A DNA stretch of 64,000 nucleotides from Eledone cirrhosa (lineage: Eukaryota). Made by a program: the position numbers and the translations under genes. Within the stretch, counting starts at the first letter, position 1, and every line of letters begins with the position of its first letter. A model generated the notes under the pieces. That model searched no databases. It was not told the origin of the DNA and saw nothing but the letters and a program-made list of their open reading frames with translations. Positions 46,560-59,687 of this stretch are shown here, in pieces. The DNA lies in contig OZ024743.1 of assembly GCA_964016885.1 (NCBI GenBank), forward strand, positions 277,884,001 to 277,948,000, read 5' to 3'.

Positions 46560-47850
46560 CTAGCTGTTCTACTGATAAGTTGCAATTATAATATTCTCAG
46601 CTGTAAGTGAAGTGAATAAGCAAGACAAGATAAGAAAATTATGACAGTATTTAGGATACAACAGCCAAAATGATTACAGATAGATACATTTACCATGAAC
46701 ATAGGAAGACAGAAGCTTGCTACAATTAAAACGTATCATAAAATAGTTACTATAAAACTACAAAATATCAGTTAAAAATAGAGGAAAATTATTACAAATA
46801 CCTATAAAACAGGAGAAAAACAGCAGAGATATTTTTGTATTGATGGAAGACAACATAGATAATACAGGCTGGTTCTAACTAATAACTGTTGTAAGGGTAG
46901 GTAACAATAGAAGAATATAGAAAAAGAAAACTACTTCTATAAAATGTTTTCTCATATAGGAACAAGGTCAACAATTTTTGGGGAGGGGAAATTCGATTAA
47001 ATCGACCCCAGTGCGTGACTGGTACTTTATTTTATCGACCCCGTAAGGATGAAAAGCAAAGTTAACCTTGGCGGGATTTGAACTCTGATCATAAAGGGCC
47101 GTAACTCTATACTGCAAAGCATGTTGTCCGACGCCCTACCAATACTGCCAATGCGCCCTGAACCACTTCTATAACATGCTAAACTATTGGCAAGAATATC
47201 ACCAACATGGCCGATACCCGAACTGACTGGGTAATGTATAAAGCTTCTTTATACTTCGAAAGCTGAGAAGGGGTTTTGTTCATAATTCATTACGATAAAA
47301 ATCACTGCCTCTCCAGTATGTCAAACGTGTGACAAATATAGAAAACGTATAGGAGATTTGGTAAGACATAGGCCAGAAGGAATAGAACAGGTACGATAAA
47401 GTTACGGTGATCATTCACGGGATCTTATATCAGATTTATAAATAAATAAAAACACAGGTAAATGGAACGACACCAAAACTGCCAGCATGTTCGAATATAA
47501 CGATATAAGGTTTGGGGACTCCATAATCTAAATAAAATATAAGTAGAAAAAAAACTGCTATTACTACTGAGAACAAAAACCCCAAATCAAAAGAATGTAA
47601 AATAATTGATATTACAGAATCTGTGGAAACTGGAATGGGTTCAAAGAACTACAGAAGGTGAAATAAGTGAATAATCACAAATATCTGGAGAGTAAAAATA
47701 TAGATATAATAGGAATACTGATATAAACTTTGTGTATGCTTTTTAATATATCTGACAGATGGTTAAATGAAATGGGTATAAAAATGAGAACAGAACACTT
47801 CACGAATCTACTTGGTAAGTGTGAGTTAGTATATTAAAAATGTTGATCTG
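46560..47850 (+). mobile_element. highly decayed R4/Dong-like (restriction-like endonuclease) LINE 3' region
   Basis: Broken-frame traces in expected order: KAEKG, CQTCDKYR, RYDKV..IHG.L, IIDI; many stops; interrupted by a SINE. Confidence 0.4.
46945..47160 (-). mobile_element. SINE family A (long variant) with TSD
   Basis: TSD AC(T/C)ACTTCTATAA(A/C)ATG on both sides. Confidence 0.88.
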
Positions 47851-47967
47851 GCATCGAAGAAAATAAAATATGCATATGAGGCTTTAGAACCCAACGTTCC
47901 TAGCTGGAATTGAATATGTATATGTTGTAGGAACATCGCCAATATCTAAGATTGATAATAAAACTGT

Positions 47968-48322
47968 TCTACACATACACACACACACAGGCACACGTAT
48001 GCAAACATATACACACTTACACACACACATATACAGACTTACATACACTTACACACACATACACACTTACACATAGGCAAACTTACATACACTTACATAC
48101 ACTTACACATACATACATTACACACACATACAGACTTCCATACACTTACACACATATACACTTATACACACATGCACATACACACATACACTTGCACACG
48201 CATTCACTCACACACACACACACATATTTACACTTGCGCACACATACACTTACATACACATACAAACACATACACTTACAAACAAACAGACATACACACA
48301 CACACTTACAAACACACCCACA
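47968..48322. repeat. degenerate (ACACTT/ACACAT)n repeat
   Basis: Direct reading. Confidence 0.8.
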
Positions 48323-48762
48323 ATTTAGCTGGAAGGAAATGCCGCAGTCATATTCATGATTTTTAATAGTGGCACAAGGCCAAGAATTTTGAGCAAGACG
48401 AAAGTCGATTAATTCGAACCCAGTAATTGATTAATACTTATTTTGCTGGCCCTGGAAAGATGAAAGGTAACATCTTACTCATATGAAGGTTTGAGGATTT
48501 GATCAGAGAACATTAATAGATGTAACTAAATACCACAAGGCATTTTAACGATTCTGCAGCCCCACCACTTAAACTAGTATTAATCATGATTATAAAACAA
48601 AATAATATATAGCAGCCTAGTAAAGGCATTTAGTCTGCAGTATATTTTACCTAATATGTAAATGTATCATCTAACTCAGGCGTTAGTAAACTGGCATTCA
48701 TTTACAAGCCCCCTCCCCACTCTTTCACCGAGGAAAGATTTCCCCAAACAGGGGGTAAATAC

Positions 48763-48812
<50 letters not shown>

Positions 48813-48842
48813 ATTATGTAATAAACAACATAAGGCAATTAT

Positions 48843-48909
<67 letters not shown>

Positions 48910-49159
48910 GTTTTGCGAGGTTTTTGATATGAAATCGTGTGTCGAAACAAATATTGTTATACTTGGGGAGGGTCATATTTGTGTAATATTGCCAGAATTA
49001 ATAACAGAACACACTCACTGTTTGGTTGGTTTTCGCTTTTCGCTTCTGTGTCTTTTATATCTGTAATCTAATTTATTCGGTCCTCAATGTTGCCATTGAC
49101 TGACCAGCGGTCAAAAATAATACAGATACAATATAGACACAAACACATATATATAGTTT

Positions 49160-49201
49160 ATCAAAGTTCTTTCGCTGCACATCTGCAACATCGTCAGTGG
49201 T
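49160..49201 (-). ncRNA. minimal hammerhead ribozyme downstream of the PLE ORF
   Basis: Minus strand ACCA-CTGACGA-T-GTTGCA(GATG)TGCAGC-GAAAG-AA-CTT-TGAT; 6-bp stem II; one stem I mismatch. Confidence 0.65.
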
Positions 49202-49460
49202 GCTATTGTTTTCTCACGTTACATTGTATTTTCTACGCCATCTTTATTTAGTCTGTTTATATATTTATTTATTTGTTTATTTTATTTTGTCTTCTTTGCG
49301 CATGCGTTTGCGTGTGTGTATAGTGTTTTATTCAATGTGTGTTCGTGATTGGGTGACTGTGTATTGGTTAATGTATTCTATCTTTACTAGTGTGTTTATA
49401 TGTGTTTGTTGTTATTGTGCTTGTGTATGTATTTATTTATTTATTTATCTATTTATTTAT

Positions 49461-50225
49461 TTATACTTCTCTTAGGTCAGTGTTGTATATTTGGGTGTTG
49501 TTGTTATTCCATTCATTCTTTCTGTTTAGCCTTGGCCTTCTAAGTTCTATTTCACTGGCCTCTCTGATTTGCCTATCTGCTGGGTCATTTCAATGTTTAG
49601 ATATTATTCTAATTTCTATGTTGTCTATGTTACCGTCGTGTTGTTGTCTGGCATGTTCGTATAGTACTGACCCGTTTTTTCGTCCTTTTACTTCCCCCCG
49701 GTGTTGGTCTATTCTAGTTTTACAATTTATCCGGGGGTTTACCTTACATATGATACATTTCCTATTAGTACAGTGGGTTTTCTTAAAAGGGTAGGTTTTG
49801 CTGATCAGGGATTTTATGGTGGTTCCTGGCTTTTCTACCACCTTAATCTTTAAATGGGTCTTTCTCAGGGCCTTTCTACACTGGTTAGCTAATTTCCCTC
49901 CAGGGGTAGCGTCCACAAACATGACACTCTGGTATCTCTGGTTGTCATACCATGAGGTGGCTTTCCCTATCTTATGTCTAGCCCTATCTAAGCTATTCCA
50001 TGATTTGCTCCTGTATAATGGGCAAATTCCTTTCATGTCCAGTTCTATGAGGGTCTTATACTTCTCCATGGCTCCTTCGTATACTCTGACTCTGTCTCTT
50101 TGGTTGTAGCCAGAGAACTGCATGCGGTTGATGAAGTGTTGGATGTGTCTTTCCATTTCTGTTGGGTCGCACATGCGGGACACATTCTTCATCACTCGTA
50201 CCAAATCTGCGATCAGAATATTAAA
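49461..50225 (-). mobile_element. Penelope-like element 3' ORF fragment (RT thumb, Cys linker, partial GIY-YIG; Naiad-like)
   Basis: RMQFSGY...PLYR...FVDATPGGKLA...KVVEKPG...CTNRKCIIC...C...LYEH...H*NDPADRQIREA...LNRKNEW; the GIY/YIG segment is missing. Confidence 0.8.
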
Positions 50226-50291
50226 CTTAGCTGTGGAAAAATGTGTGGAGATGATCATTGAGAGTGAGGTGGAGTTCTGCTTTACCCAGTT

Positions 50292-50447
50292 TATTATGGC
50301 ATGATATTTCAGGGCTAGCTATAACCCTCTTTTCAGATTCGGGGCTGAAACAGTCCTAGATAAAACAAACGAACAATTTGATCTTTATTCTCTAACTGCC
50401 CTGCATCCGAAAAGAGGGTAATAGCCCTGAAATATCATGCCATAATA
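50292..50447. repeat. ~45-bp-arm inverted repeat
   Basis: TATTATGGCATGATATTTCAGGGCTA...TAGCCCTGAAATATCATGCCATAATA. Confidence 0.88.
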
Positions 50448-50528
50448 CACTAGGTGAAATTTTCTTTACTTTGTTTTGTTTTATTTCATCTACCATCATT
50501 TGCTTTTCGTATTCTCTACCGCATTATA

Positions 50529-51003
50529 CCGGCTTTTAAAAATCTTATCGGCCATATATATATATATAGTAATTGCCTAAACACGAGGAATCAATTCTTC
50601 ACACGTTGTCCACACGTCTGGAAACACCTCTTACATAACTACAAAGCTCCGGATTGAATTACAACAACATCCTAATTTTTTTATCAACTAGAAACTTTCG
50701 AACTTTCGCAGTTATCTCCCTTACCACCCTCGCACGCAATTTATTATTGCCTGTGTGAAGTGATCGTTTCTGCGCATGCGCGTTCGTACGGTTGTCCTTC
50801 CTGTTCCGTATAACCGTGTCCATTACAAGCTGAGGTGAAACAATTGTTTTCGGTATGGTGAACTAACTGTTGTATAACCACTTCTACTTAACTCGTCCCA
50901 TGGACTGAGCGCTCTACCACTACGGATATTACCTTCCAGTGCTCTACCACTATATATATATATATATATATATGTATAACCGATCAGCCTTTTTAAAAGC
51001 CGG
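50529..51003. mobile_element. TA-flanked TIR element containing a PLE 3' end
   Basis: TA-CCGGCTTTTAAAAA...ATCGG and CCGAT...TTTTTAAAAGCCGG-TA; internal 50571-50657 encodes NCLNTRNQFFTRCPHVWKHLL (PLE endonuclease C-terminus-like). Confidence 0.6.
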
Positions 51004-51005
51004 TA

Positions 51006-51438
51006 CGATTTTGTGCAGAATACCATCACCGTCTCGTTCCTCGCTCGTTGAGGATGGCTTCGCAAAATTTAAAAACCGATCCGAGTCATCCTCCAATAAA
51101 CCATGTATCAATCGTGGCACATACATTTTCAGTCACATACGATGCACCAAACGAAACAGTGATCTGCGTTCAATACCGAATTCAGATGACTCCTTGTTTC
51201 TCGATTTCTGAGGGTTCTGTGTTAATTCTAGGTCGACATGCATTGCATTCTCTGGCGTTGTCATGCTGACTCATCGATCAGTCTTCGGTGAGTTGTAGAT
51301 AAACCCAGTCCACTCAAATTTTAGACGTATCCGGTAAATCGTGAGCCTCGTTGGTGGAGATGATGCAAATGTTTCTCGCCACTGCTCTCGCTCACGTTCG
51401 CTATTCTCCGTCCTTCCATCGTTAAATTGCAACTTTAC
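51006..51438 (-). pseudogene. decayed Tc1/mariner-superfamily transposase N-terminus (DUF4817-like HTH)
   Basis: QWRETFASSPPTRLTIYRIRLKFEWTG...*...TPEN...PQKS...EFGIERRS...*LKMYVPRLIHGLLEDDSDR...KIV. Confidence 0.75.
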
Positions 51439-51669
51439 CTGCAAATAATAGATATATTATCATCAAAATTATAAAAATAAAAATATGAGAAATAGTAATA
51501 TTGATTTTAATGAATAAAATGAATTCTAGTATAAAATGAATCTTAACATCACTATTATAATACTGGCAATACTGGTTTAATCCCTACTTTTACAGCCCCC
51601 TCTCTTTCTGTCTCTCTGTATATGCATATATGTTTACTTGCAAACGAATCGAATATTATTATTATTAAA

Positions 51670-51890
51670 AGGACGGTGGATTGGCAGTATTGGTAGAGGG
51701 TCAGACGCCATGCTTTGCAGCATAGAGTTACGGCCCTTTATGATCTGAGTTCAAATCCCGCGTAGGTTAATTTTGCCTATCATCCTTACGGGGACTATAA
51801 AATAAAGTACCAGTCACGCACTGGGGTCGATTTAATCGACTTCACTCTCCCCCAAAATTGCTGGCCTTGTGCCTATATAAGAAACCATTA
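51670..51890 (+). mobile_element. SINE family A (long variant)
   Basis: Full copy with GTCGATTTAATCGAC hairpin. Confidence 0.88.
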
Positions 51891-53218
51891 TTCGATATAA
51901 AACTATCGAATGCTATGTTAGACCGAAACTAAAAAGAACATTTAAATCGGCCTAAATTGTTGAATAAAAATATTTATTTGTTTTCTTATTATTGTTTTGG
52001 ACTTGGGGCCGATTATCGGTACATCATTAATTTTCCCTAAGGAAGTATAATAATCGCTGTCTTAGCTTTATTGTTATATACACCTAGGTTACTATAACTA
52101 AAAATATAACCTCAAATTACGGAACAAAACATAGTGGAAGTAAATGTATTTTCGAAAAGGTTGCCAGGAGCTAGACAGGACGAAAATTGTTAGTAACTTC
52201 TGGCTTATGAAATCTGTATTATTAAACAACTGATTACGTTATACTGCCGGGGAATTATATTTTTTCATCAGAGAAAATATAATTATTATCTGTGTGGATG
52301 AGAAATGAGTTTTATGAACACTCAGGTTGAGATACGTTCATACTTTATTTTTAGGGCGTGGATATTGAATAGAATGGAAGGATCTCCATCGGTTTCGAAG
52401 ATGAGTGTACTAGTCATTCCACCAACGGAACAACCCACAAGTAAAATTAGCACGTAAGTTACTGAGCATTCCATGGATGCGTTTAACATTAGTATATTTT
52501 TCAGAAAGTTTCAACGAGACATAATATGCCTTCAGGCTGGCCATTTGGTACAGACCACCCGCCAGGCGTCCAAACAGCTTCCGTCTAGCCAATTTCACTC
52601 ACAAAGCATGGGTCTACCCATAGCTATGTTGAATGAATCGGTAATTAATGATAGTAAAGTAAATCCCTTAACCATTGAGCCATGTTGCGTCCACATAGTG
52701 GGATTGAATTCAACAAGGCAGCCCATCTTAGATCTACTGTTCTAGGCTAGCTTTAATGTTCAGTGCCATATGGCTGTCTTTCCTACTGCTTACCAAAGGT
52801 TGACTTCCTTAAATAAATTTAAACTGAAAAAACAAAACTAAACCAAAAGAAACCCATTTATTGACAGCAAAACTTCAAAAAAGTTATAACAAAAATAAGC
52901 AATAAAAAAATGTGTAATGCCAGTTGTTGAAATTGTATTCCTTGATGTGTGTTTTCTGTCGTCTTAGATCTTATGTCGGTGTCGGTAAGATGAAAGGAAA
53001 AGCGACGCCCCTTTAAAGCATAAATGGTGAAACGTATCCTACAATATTAATACTCTAAAAATCTCGAAATGCTATTTGAGTATGTATGTGGGAACTGTGT
53101 CTGTGAACATACATATATACATACATACATACATCCCATTCATACATATCTACATTCATGCGTACGTACATACCTACATACATTACATACATATAGATAC
53201 ACATACATATGTTCACAT

Positions 53219-53249
<31 letters not shown>

Positions 53250-53762
53250 CATATATACATATACACACATATTCATATATATACATATATACACACATTG
53301 TGTGTATGTATGAATGTATATATGTATGTAAGTATATATATATAAATTCATGCATAAATATATATATATATATATTCATGAATTTATTTATGTATGTATA
53401 TATGATGTACGTGTGCATGTATGCGTTCGTTGTGTGTGTGTTTTTGAATGTATATGTACATACTCGCATGCAAACCCGAACCCATTTATAATTAGTGGTA
53501 GAGCATTTCCAGTGAATAAATTCCTCTATTAGACGAATTAAGATGTGACTTGTTAAGTTCATGTGTCCAGTTACACCCACAAATGGGTCCCAAGTTTTTA
53601 TGTTTCATAACTTAATATCTAATTTGAGCATTGGGTAAATCTAAATAATTTTGGTTTTATATAAACGCGATGGCCTCAAAATACTTGTACGCCCCGGTTG
53701 CTTTATAATCAACTTTTCGTGGTCGACTGCTTTCTATAGTATATCTTCGTGGTAACCTGCCT

Positions 53763-53819
53763 CTTTCAACACCGGCTGAAGAAGCGAGTAGTCGCAGAAA
53801 CATCTATACGACTTGAAAG
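53763..53819 (+). ncRNA. degenerate hammerhead-like motif
   Basis: CTGAAGA-A-GCGA(GTAG)TCGC-A-GAAAC; distal CTTTCAA/TTGAAAG pairing; cleavage triplet not intact. Confidence 0.4.
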
Positions 53820-54311
53820 TTTATAGCAAGGTAAATATACGCATATTTTATCAAAATGGTTATTATCGTGACTCATTATTTCCGCTTATCTATTTTAGAT
53901 AGACATTTCTTACTCTTCCGACTATTTACTAATTAGTCACAGAGTACTAACGTAACTCGTGACGTCTGTACCGCATGAAATCACATTAGCTCGACATTCT
54001 TCAAAAGCACAAAAAGCACTGTCTGCATTACACTAAAAATTCATGTCTTTACACGAAAGGTGCAGAGTCATGCTGGTGTGTCTATTAGTAAAAAACAGCA
54101 TTATTTTATCAAAGCCAATATTAAGTATTTTCTGCTAAATAACTACACGATGTTAAGGGTTAAATAACGAAGTAAAATATACCTTGTGAGATATATGTGT
54201 CTAATTACGACGTATACAATTATGTATATTTAAGTATGTTGAGGCATGTAGCGTTGTGTGTTTTTTTTTGCCTCGTTTGTGTTTCCCTTTATGAATATAA
54301 TTGAATACATA

Positions 54312-54497
54312 TAATTGTTTCTATATCTGGCACAAAGCCAGCAATTATCCCAGTGCATTACTGGTACTTTATTTTATCGACTCCGTAAGAATTACAAGCA
54401 AGGTTAGCCTCGGCGGTATTTAACTCAGACCGTAAAGAGGCGTAACTCTATGCTACAAAGCAAGGCGTCCAACCCTCTACCGATAGTGCCAACCACC
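54312..54497 (-). mobile_element. SINE family A (short variant)
   Basis: Homology to 2400-2580. Confidence 0.85.
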
Positions 54498-55489
54498 AAT
54501 ATGTCAGGGCCTAACTATTTATGAAGTTCGATTCGGTAACACGGGAATCGAATTCCAACCCACGGCGAATTTCCATGGGCAGATTTCTTATATTGTAGAG
54601 TGAGTTGAGAGGGGTACTTGGTAAACGGAAATTCTACAGAAACATATCGCGCGCACACACACATATACAGACACAATCACACACACACATATGCTCCATC
54701 ACACCAATTCTTCACAAATATACACACTTATATACATACACATGCATGCACACGTACACACACACACTTATGTGTGTCTGTGTCTGAGTGTGTGTATTTG
54801 CATACATACATACACCCACACACATACACACAGACACACAGACACGCACATACATACATACATATATATATACATATATATACATACGGATACGATTTCT
54901 TAGTGTGTAACAGAAAGAAGCTATCAAAACTAAAGACAGTTTTGAAGTAAGAAAATGAATGTACTTGATGAACTTGTACCGTCAAAAGAAATGTGCACAG
55001 GCGTCAGAGGGTGAACACTCCTTACCAGATGGCTTGAGAGGAAGGAGGGGTAGACAGAGAGGAATAGATTCTAAAGATAAAGACACAGACATACACAGAC
55101 ATACTGAAAGTTAAACACACGCATATAATTATATGCACGTATACACACACTCTCACAAACACAATCACACAATCACATACACAGACACACATTCTCTTTC
55201 TTACACACAATCACATTCATTCACATAGTATCTCACTCTCTTTCTCTCTTTGTCTCTATTATACAAAAGCACTCACACCCATTCGCACACATGCACACAC
55301 ATTTGCACAGGTGCACGAGTGCGCAGAAAATACGCCCATAACACAAAAATGATGCACACACACACGTACATGTAGTTAGTTTCTGATTTGGGGATTGTAA
55401 TATCCCAAAGATGGAGAATACAATGTTTATAATAGTGTAATAAATATTTTGTACTATTTTATACTATTTTATACTATTGACACGGTGTT

Positions 55490-56075
55490 TCAGGAGATTG
55501 TGTCCATATAGTAAAAAAAATCTGAATAATTTTGGCCCAAACTCCTGTTAGCTGGCAATCATTGTGAGCCATGCATTGTGATTGACTCAGTATTTGAAAT
55601 CCATCCAGAGATAAGCGTTGCTGAGTTCTCCATAGAATATGCGGACATTGCACTAAAGGCAATGAAACAAGGCAAAGCTGGTGGCCTTGAAGCCCTAATC
55701 GTAGATATTCGAAAACTACCAAAAGCTTGTAAGTTTCTAAGCGACTCCTGCATCAAAATATTTGAAGAGTACAGACCTGATGAATGGGGAATATCAGGAA
55801 TACTACCGATATCCAAGAAAGGTGTCCTTACCACCTGCACCAACTATAGAGGACCCTTACGCAAATTGCAGCAAATACTAAGATCAGACTATGTATCAAC
55901 AGCATTCAACTTTCCAGCCAAAATGCGTAACGGACATTTCACTCTGCGGCCTAAAACATCTTGGATCTAAGAATTATATTTCAGGAGGTATGGAATTACA
56001 AGAAGGAGGCAGCAATTGCACTCATAGATTTCAAGAAGACTACCAAATTCAAATAATATTTGATCCCATATTAGA
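55490..56075 (+). mobile_element. decayed RTE-like RT N-terminal fragment
   Basis: ALKAMKQGKAGG...PDEW..SGILPISKKG.LT.C.NYRG, later IDFKK in another frame. Confidence 0.75.
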
Positions 56076-56119
56076 TTGCGATTATAGGTTGATCTAAAAG
56101 CAATTACTTCATTATCCAC

Positions 56120-56335
56120 AGGTGGTGGATTGGCAGTATCAGTAGAGCGTCAGACAACATGATTTGCAGCATAGAATTATGGCCCTTTCCGTTCTGAGTT
56201 CAAATCCTGCCGAGGTTAACTTTGCATTTCATCATTACGGAGTGGATAAAATGAAGCACAAGTAACATACTGAGGTCGATTTAATCGACTCCCCCACCCA
56301 AAATTACTGACCTTTTGCTTATACTAGAAATCATT
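56120..56335 (+). mobile_element. SINE family A (long variant)
   Basis: Full copy. Confidence 0.85.
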
Positions 56336-56552
56336 ATTATTATTTCCTTATATAGTTAGAAGAATATTTGCGAAATTGCAGTAAGAATTTCGCATAATAA
56401 GATATAGGAAACATACGCAAATCATTAATATTAATCATGTTACTAACATTGAAACCATTTCATCTAAAGTTTTCCTTCAATGCTTTTATTACGACCAATA
56501 TTTGATATAGGATCTATTCTTACCTGAATTTGGTAAACTTTATTCCTTCTTA

Positions 56553-56687
56553 TAATTCCTGAAGAAATGCAGTTATTATATGTATTATGTCTTGTGTAAA
56601 TAATTGATAATTATTTGTCTCCGATTAACGTATAGTTTACATATGTATTTATCATTGTCACGTGCATTGAAACGGACGTAGAAATTA
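56553..56687 (+). ncRNA. hammerhead ribozyme with ~90-nt loop II insertion
   Basis: TAATTC-CTGAAGA-AATGCA...TGCATT-GAAAC-GGAC-GTA-GAAATTA. Confidence 0.65.
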
Positions 56688-56753
56688 AATAATGAAGTTA
56701 AGTTGTTAACCTTGGTTTTTCTTCAATTTAAATACTGATGCTCTGCTACCAGT

Positions 56754-56884
<131 letters not shown>

Positions 56885-57031
56885 AGAGAGAGGCACATAT
56901 AAATAACTATATATATATATAGAGAGAGAGAGATAGGTATAATCCCGGAGTTTAAGCTTGTGTGTTTAATGAACATTTCCAAGAGCGTAAGAATTTTTGC
57001 AGGGTATGTAAAAATATGTCATATATAGGCC

Positions 57032-57068
57032 AAGCTGAAGATCCGCATAAGGTGAAACATTTGTTCTT
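57032..57068 (+). ncRNA. minimal hammerhead-like motif
   Basis: AAG-CTGAAGA-T-CC(GCATAA)GG-T-GAAAC-ATTT-GTT-CTT; very short stems. Confidence 0.5.
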
Positions 57069-57181
57069 TTGTTCTTGGTATGGTGAACTAACTGTTGTGG
57101 AACTACTTATATATATATATATATATATATTACAGACCACACACACACACATACACACATATATATATATATATAAACACA

Positions 57182-57368
57182 TAATTGTTTCTACGTTAGG
57201 CACAGGGCCAGCAATTACCCAGTGCGTTACTGGTACTTTATTTTATCGACCCCGTAAGGATGAAAGGCAAAGTTAACCTTAGCAGCATTTGAACTCAGAA
57301 TGGCAAGGGTCGTAACTCGATACGTCAAAGCATGGTGTCTGACCCTCTACCAATACTGCCAATCCACA
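57182..57368 (-). mobile_element. SINE family A (short variant)
   Basis: Homology to 2400-2580. Confidence 0.85.
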
Positions 57369-57450
57369 TATAATTTATTTATTATTATATATAGTATTAT
57401 TTATTTATATATATATATATGTGTATGAGTGTGTGTGGTCTTTAATATAG

Positions 57451-57537
57451 TTCTACAGGACTAGAACTGTTTCATTCAACAGAAATCACCAGGAAAGCCT
57501 GATTTCTTTTGAATGAAACAGTTCTAGTCCTGTAGAA
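57451..57537. repeat. hairpin of two inverted, mutated copies of the 62634 HHR family
   Basis: TTCTACAGGACTAGAACTGTTTCATTCAA...TTGAATGAAACAGTTCTAGTCCTGTAGAA. Confidence 0.85.
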
Positions 57538-57640
57538 GCCATTTCTATATTGAACATGATGATTACTCTCTACTAATATATTGAGTACCCCCGACTGAAC
57601 CCGAAACTCATATATACATATATATAGTAATAATCATAAA

Positions 57641-58048
57641 TCCGGGAAATGCCTCTTCAGTAACATTGTCTACAAATGTAAGGTTAAAACACCCACGTCC
57701 CGAAGGGCCTACATAGGGTTAATCGCCAATAGATTCAAGCAGCATCTTTACATGCATAGCCATTCTTTTCTTGATCCTTTAAGAAAGAATATGACGTCAC
57801 TTTCAGCTTATATCTGGAGTCTAAAAGACAACCACGCCCAATATAGGTTACACTGGGAGATCCTAGCTAATGCTAGATGGTATAACGGAAATAAAAGACC
57901 ATGCGACCTCTGCGCCGCTGAAGCCCTGGAAATACTCTACGCCAATGACCACATCTTTAACAAAAAATCTAAGGCAATTTCGACTTGTAAACATAAATTG
58001 AATAACACTTTCCTGTATTACAGCCCCACATTATACCCTAACGGATAG
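57641..58048 (+). mobile_element. Penelope-like element GIY-YIG endonuclease domain (5'-truncated; Neptune-like)
   Basis: Open frame GKCLFSNIVYKC...AYIG...RFKQH..MHSHSF...TSLSAYIW.LK...CDLC..E...FNKKS...CKHK. Confidence 0.88.
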
Positions 58049-58189
58049 TACGAATTATACGCGGATATTTTACGTCTTGATGTGGTAGCTAAGTATATGT
58101 TATGTTAATACCATTACTTATTTGTATAGGTAAGCATATATTACATATATGTTTTGTGAAGGTACGTATACTTTCTCGTACGTATATTT

Positions 58190-58444
58190 GCTTGTATTTG
58201 TTTTAGGTGTATAATTTATATTATATATACTGGTACATGTGTATATGGTTATGTGTATACGTGTATTTTGCGTTTGTGTGTGTATGCGGGTTTGCACATA
58301 TGTAGGGTGTGTATATGTGTACTTTGTGTTTTGTTGACGTACGTTTAGCGAACATATGTGTATTTACCTGTATGTATGTGTGTGCGTGCGTTATATACGT
58401 ATTTATGTGTGTATATTTATACACGTTTATATAATTATATGTAT

Positions 58445-58525
<81 letters not shown>

Positions 58526-59349
58526 AACCAGTAAGACCCCGACGGCTGAGCTCAAGCCGTTTCGACGGCTAATTTGTTACCCACTCTACTACCCTAAGTA
58601 TTGAGTACTTTGGTGCGTTATGGTCCACCTGGTTCCTTACCACATTTCCTTCGTTATATATATATATATATATATATTTTAAATATATATATTTTTTGTG
58701 TATTTCGTGTATACGTTCGTATGTGTGCGGGTACAGGTATTGCGCGGGTTTTTGTATGTGTGCGCGTGTTTTTGTGTACATGGCGGGTATTTTCGCGTAT
58801 GCATGTGTATGTACGTATATTGATGCGTGTATGTATATATTTAATTATTGTTGATTTCAATAACCTCTGTAATTTATTTACATTATTCTTAACTCTGAAG
58901 CCGAGAATCATTCGGTTTCCTAAATAGAACATTAGTCTTCGACTTCATTTATACCATAAACGTGGTGTTGTCTTTGCGTGTAATTATTCTCATCGATCCA
59001 CATAATGACGTATTATCTTCGCTTTTTTCCGTTCATCGCCAGGGAACGTCTCCACGAACCACATAAATAGAATATTAGTCTACTACTTCATTTATACCAT
59101 ACACGTGGTTTTGTTTTTGCGTGTAATTGTTCTCACCGCTCCAAATAGTGTCGTATTATCTTCGTTTTTTCCGTTCATTGGCAGGGAACGTCTCCACGAA
59201 CCAAAGTACCGTCTTCCTGTTTTCCTCCGGTTGCAACGTTTTTCGAAATATTTACTTCTGCGTTCACAGATTCATTCTTTTTAGTTTCAGAAGATCCCAT
59301 TAAGGGTGAAAGCAGCGATTCTTTGCTTAAACTTTAATCTGTTATTTTA

Positions 59350-59350
<1 letters not shown>
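58190..59350 (-). repeat. family X copy with internal ~140-bp tandem duplication
   Basis: Reverse complement of 20460-21310; AAATAGAA(C/T)ATTAGTC...CTCCACGAACCA occurs twice (58922 and 59064). Confidence 0.75.
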
Positions 59351-59404
<54 letters not shown>

Positions 59405-59409
<5 letters not shown>

Positions 59410-59427
59410 TCTTCACAATTAAGAACG

Positions 59428-59485
<58 letters not shown>

Positions 59486-59523
59486 CGTTTTTTAATGAGA
59501 AATTCTTAATTGTGAAGAGAATA
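59405..59523. repeat. inverted repeat around a (TA)n core
   Basis: TATTCTCTTCACAATTAAGAA ... TTCTTAATTGTGAAGAGAATA. Confidence 0.85.
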
Positions 59524-59687
59524 AAGTGTAAACATATTAATCTACTGATCCATACACAGAAAAGCAGAAAAATATTATTACGGATTTTGGACATAATCAG
59601 AGAATAACTACCACTATAAGTCAGTGTACAGAGGAAATATAGCTGAAGTATATATGATATACAGATTATAGAAATCAGCTGAAATAA

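Noticed and set aside
51430-51460. TTTGCAG splice acceptor suggesting a host exon
   Set aside because: Downstream frame is a decayed transposase with stops
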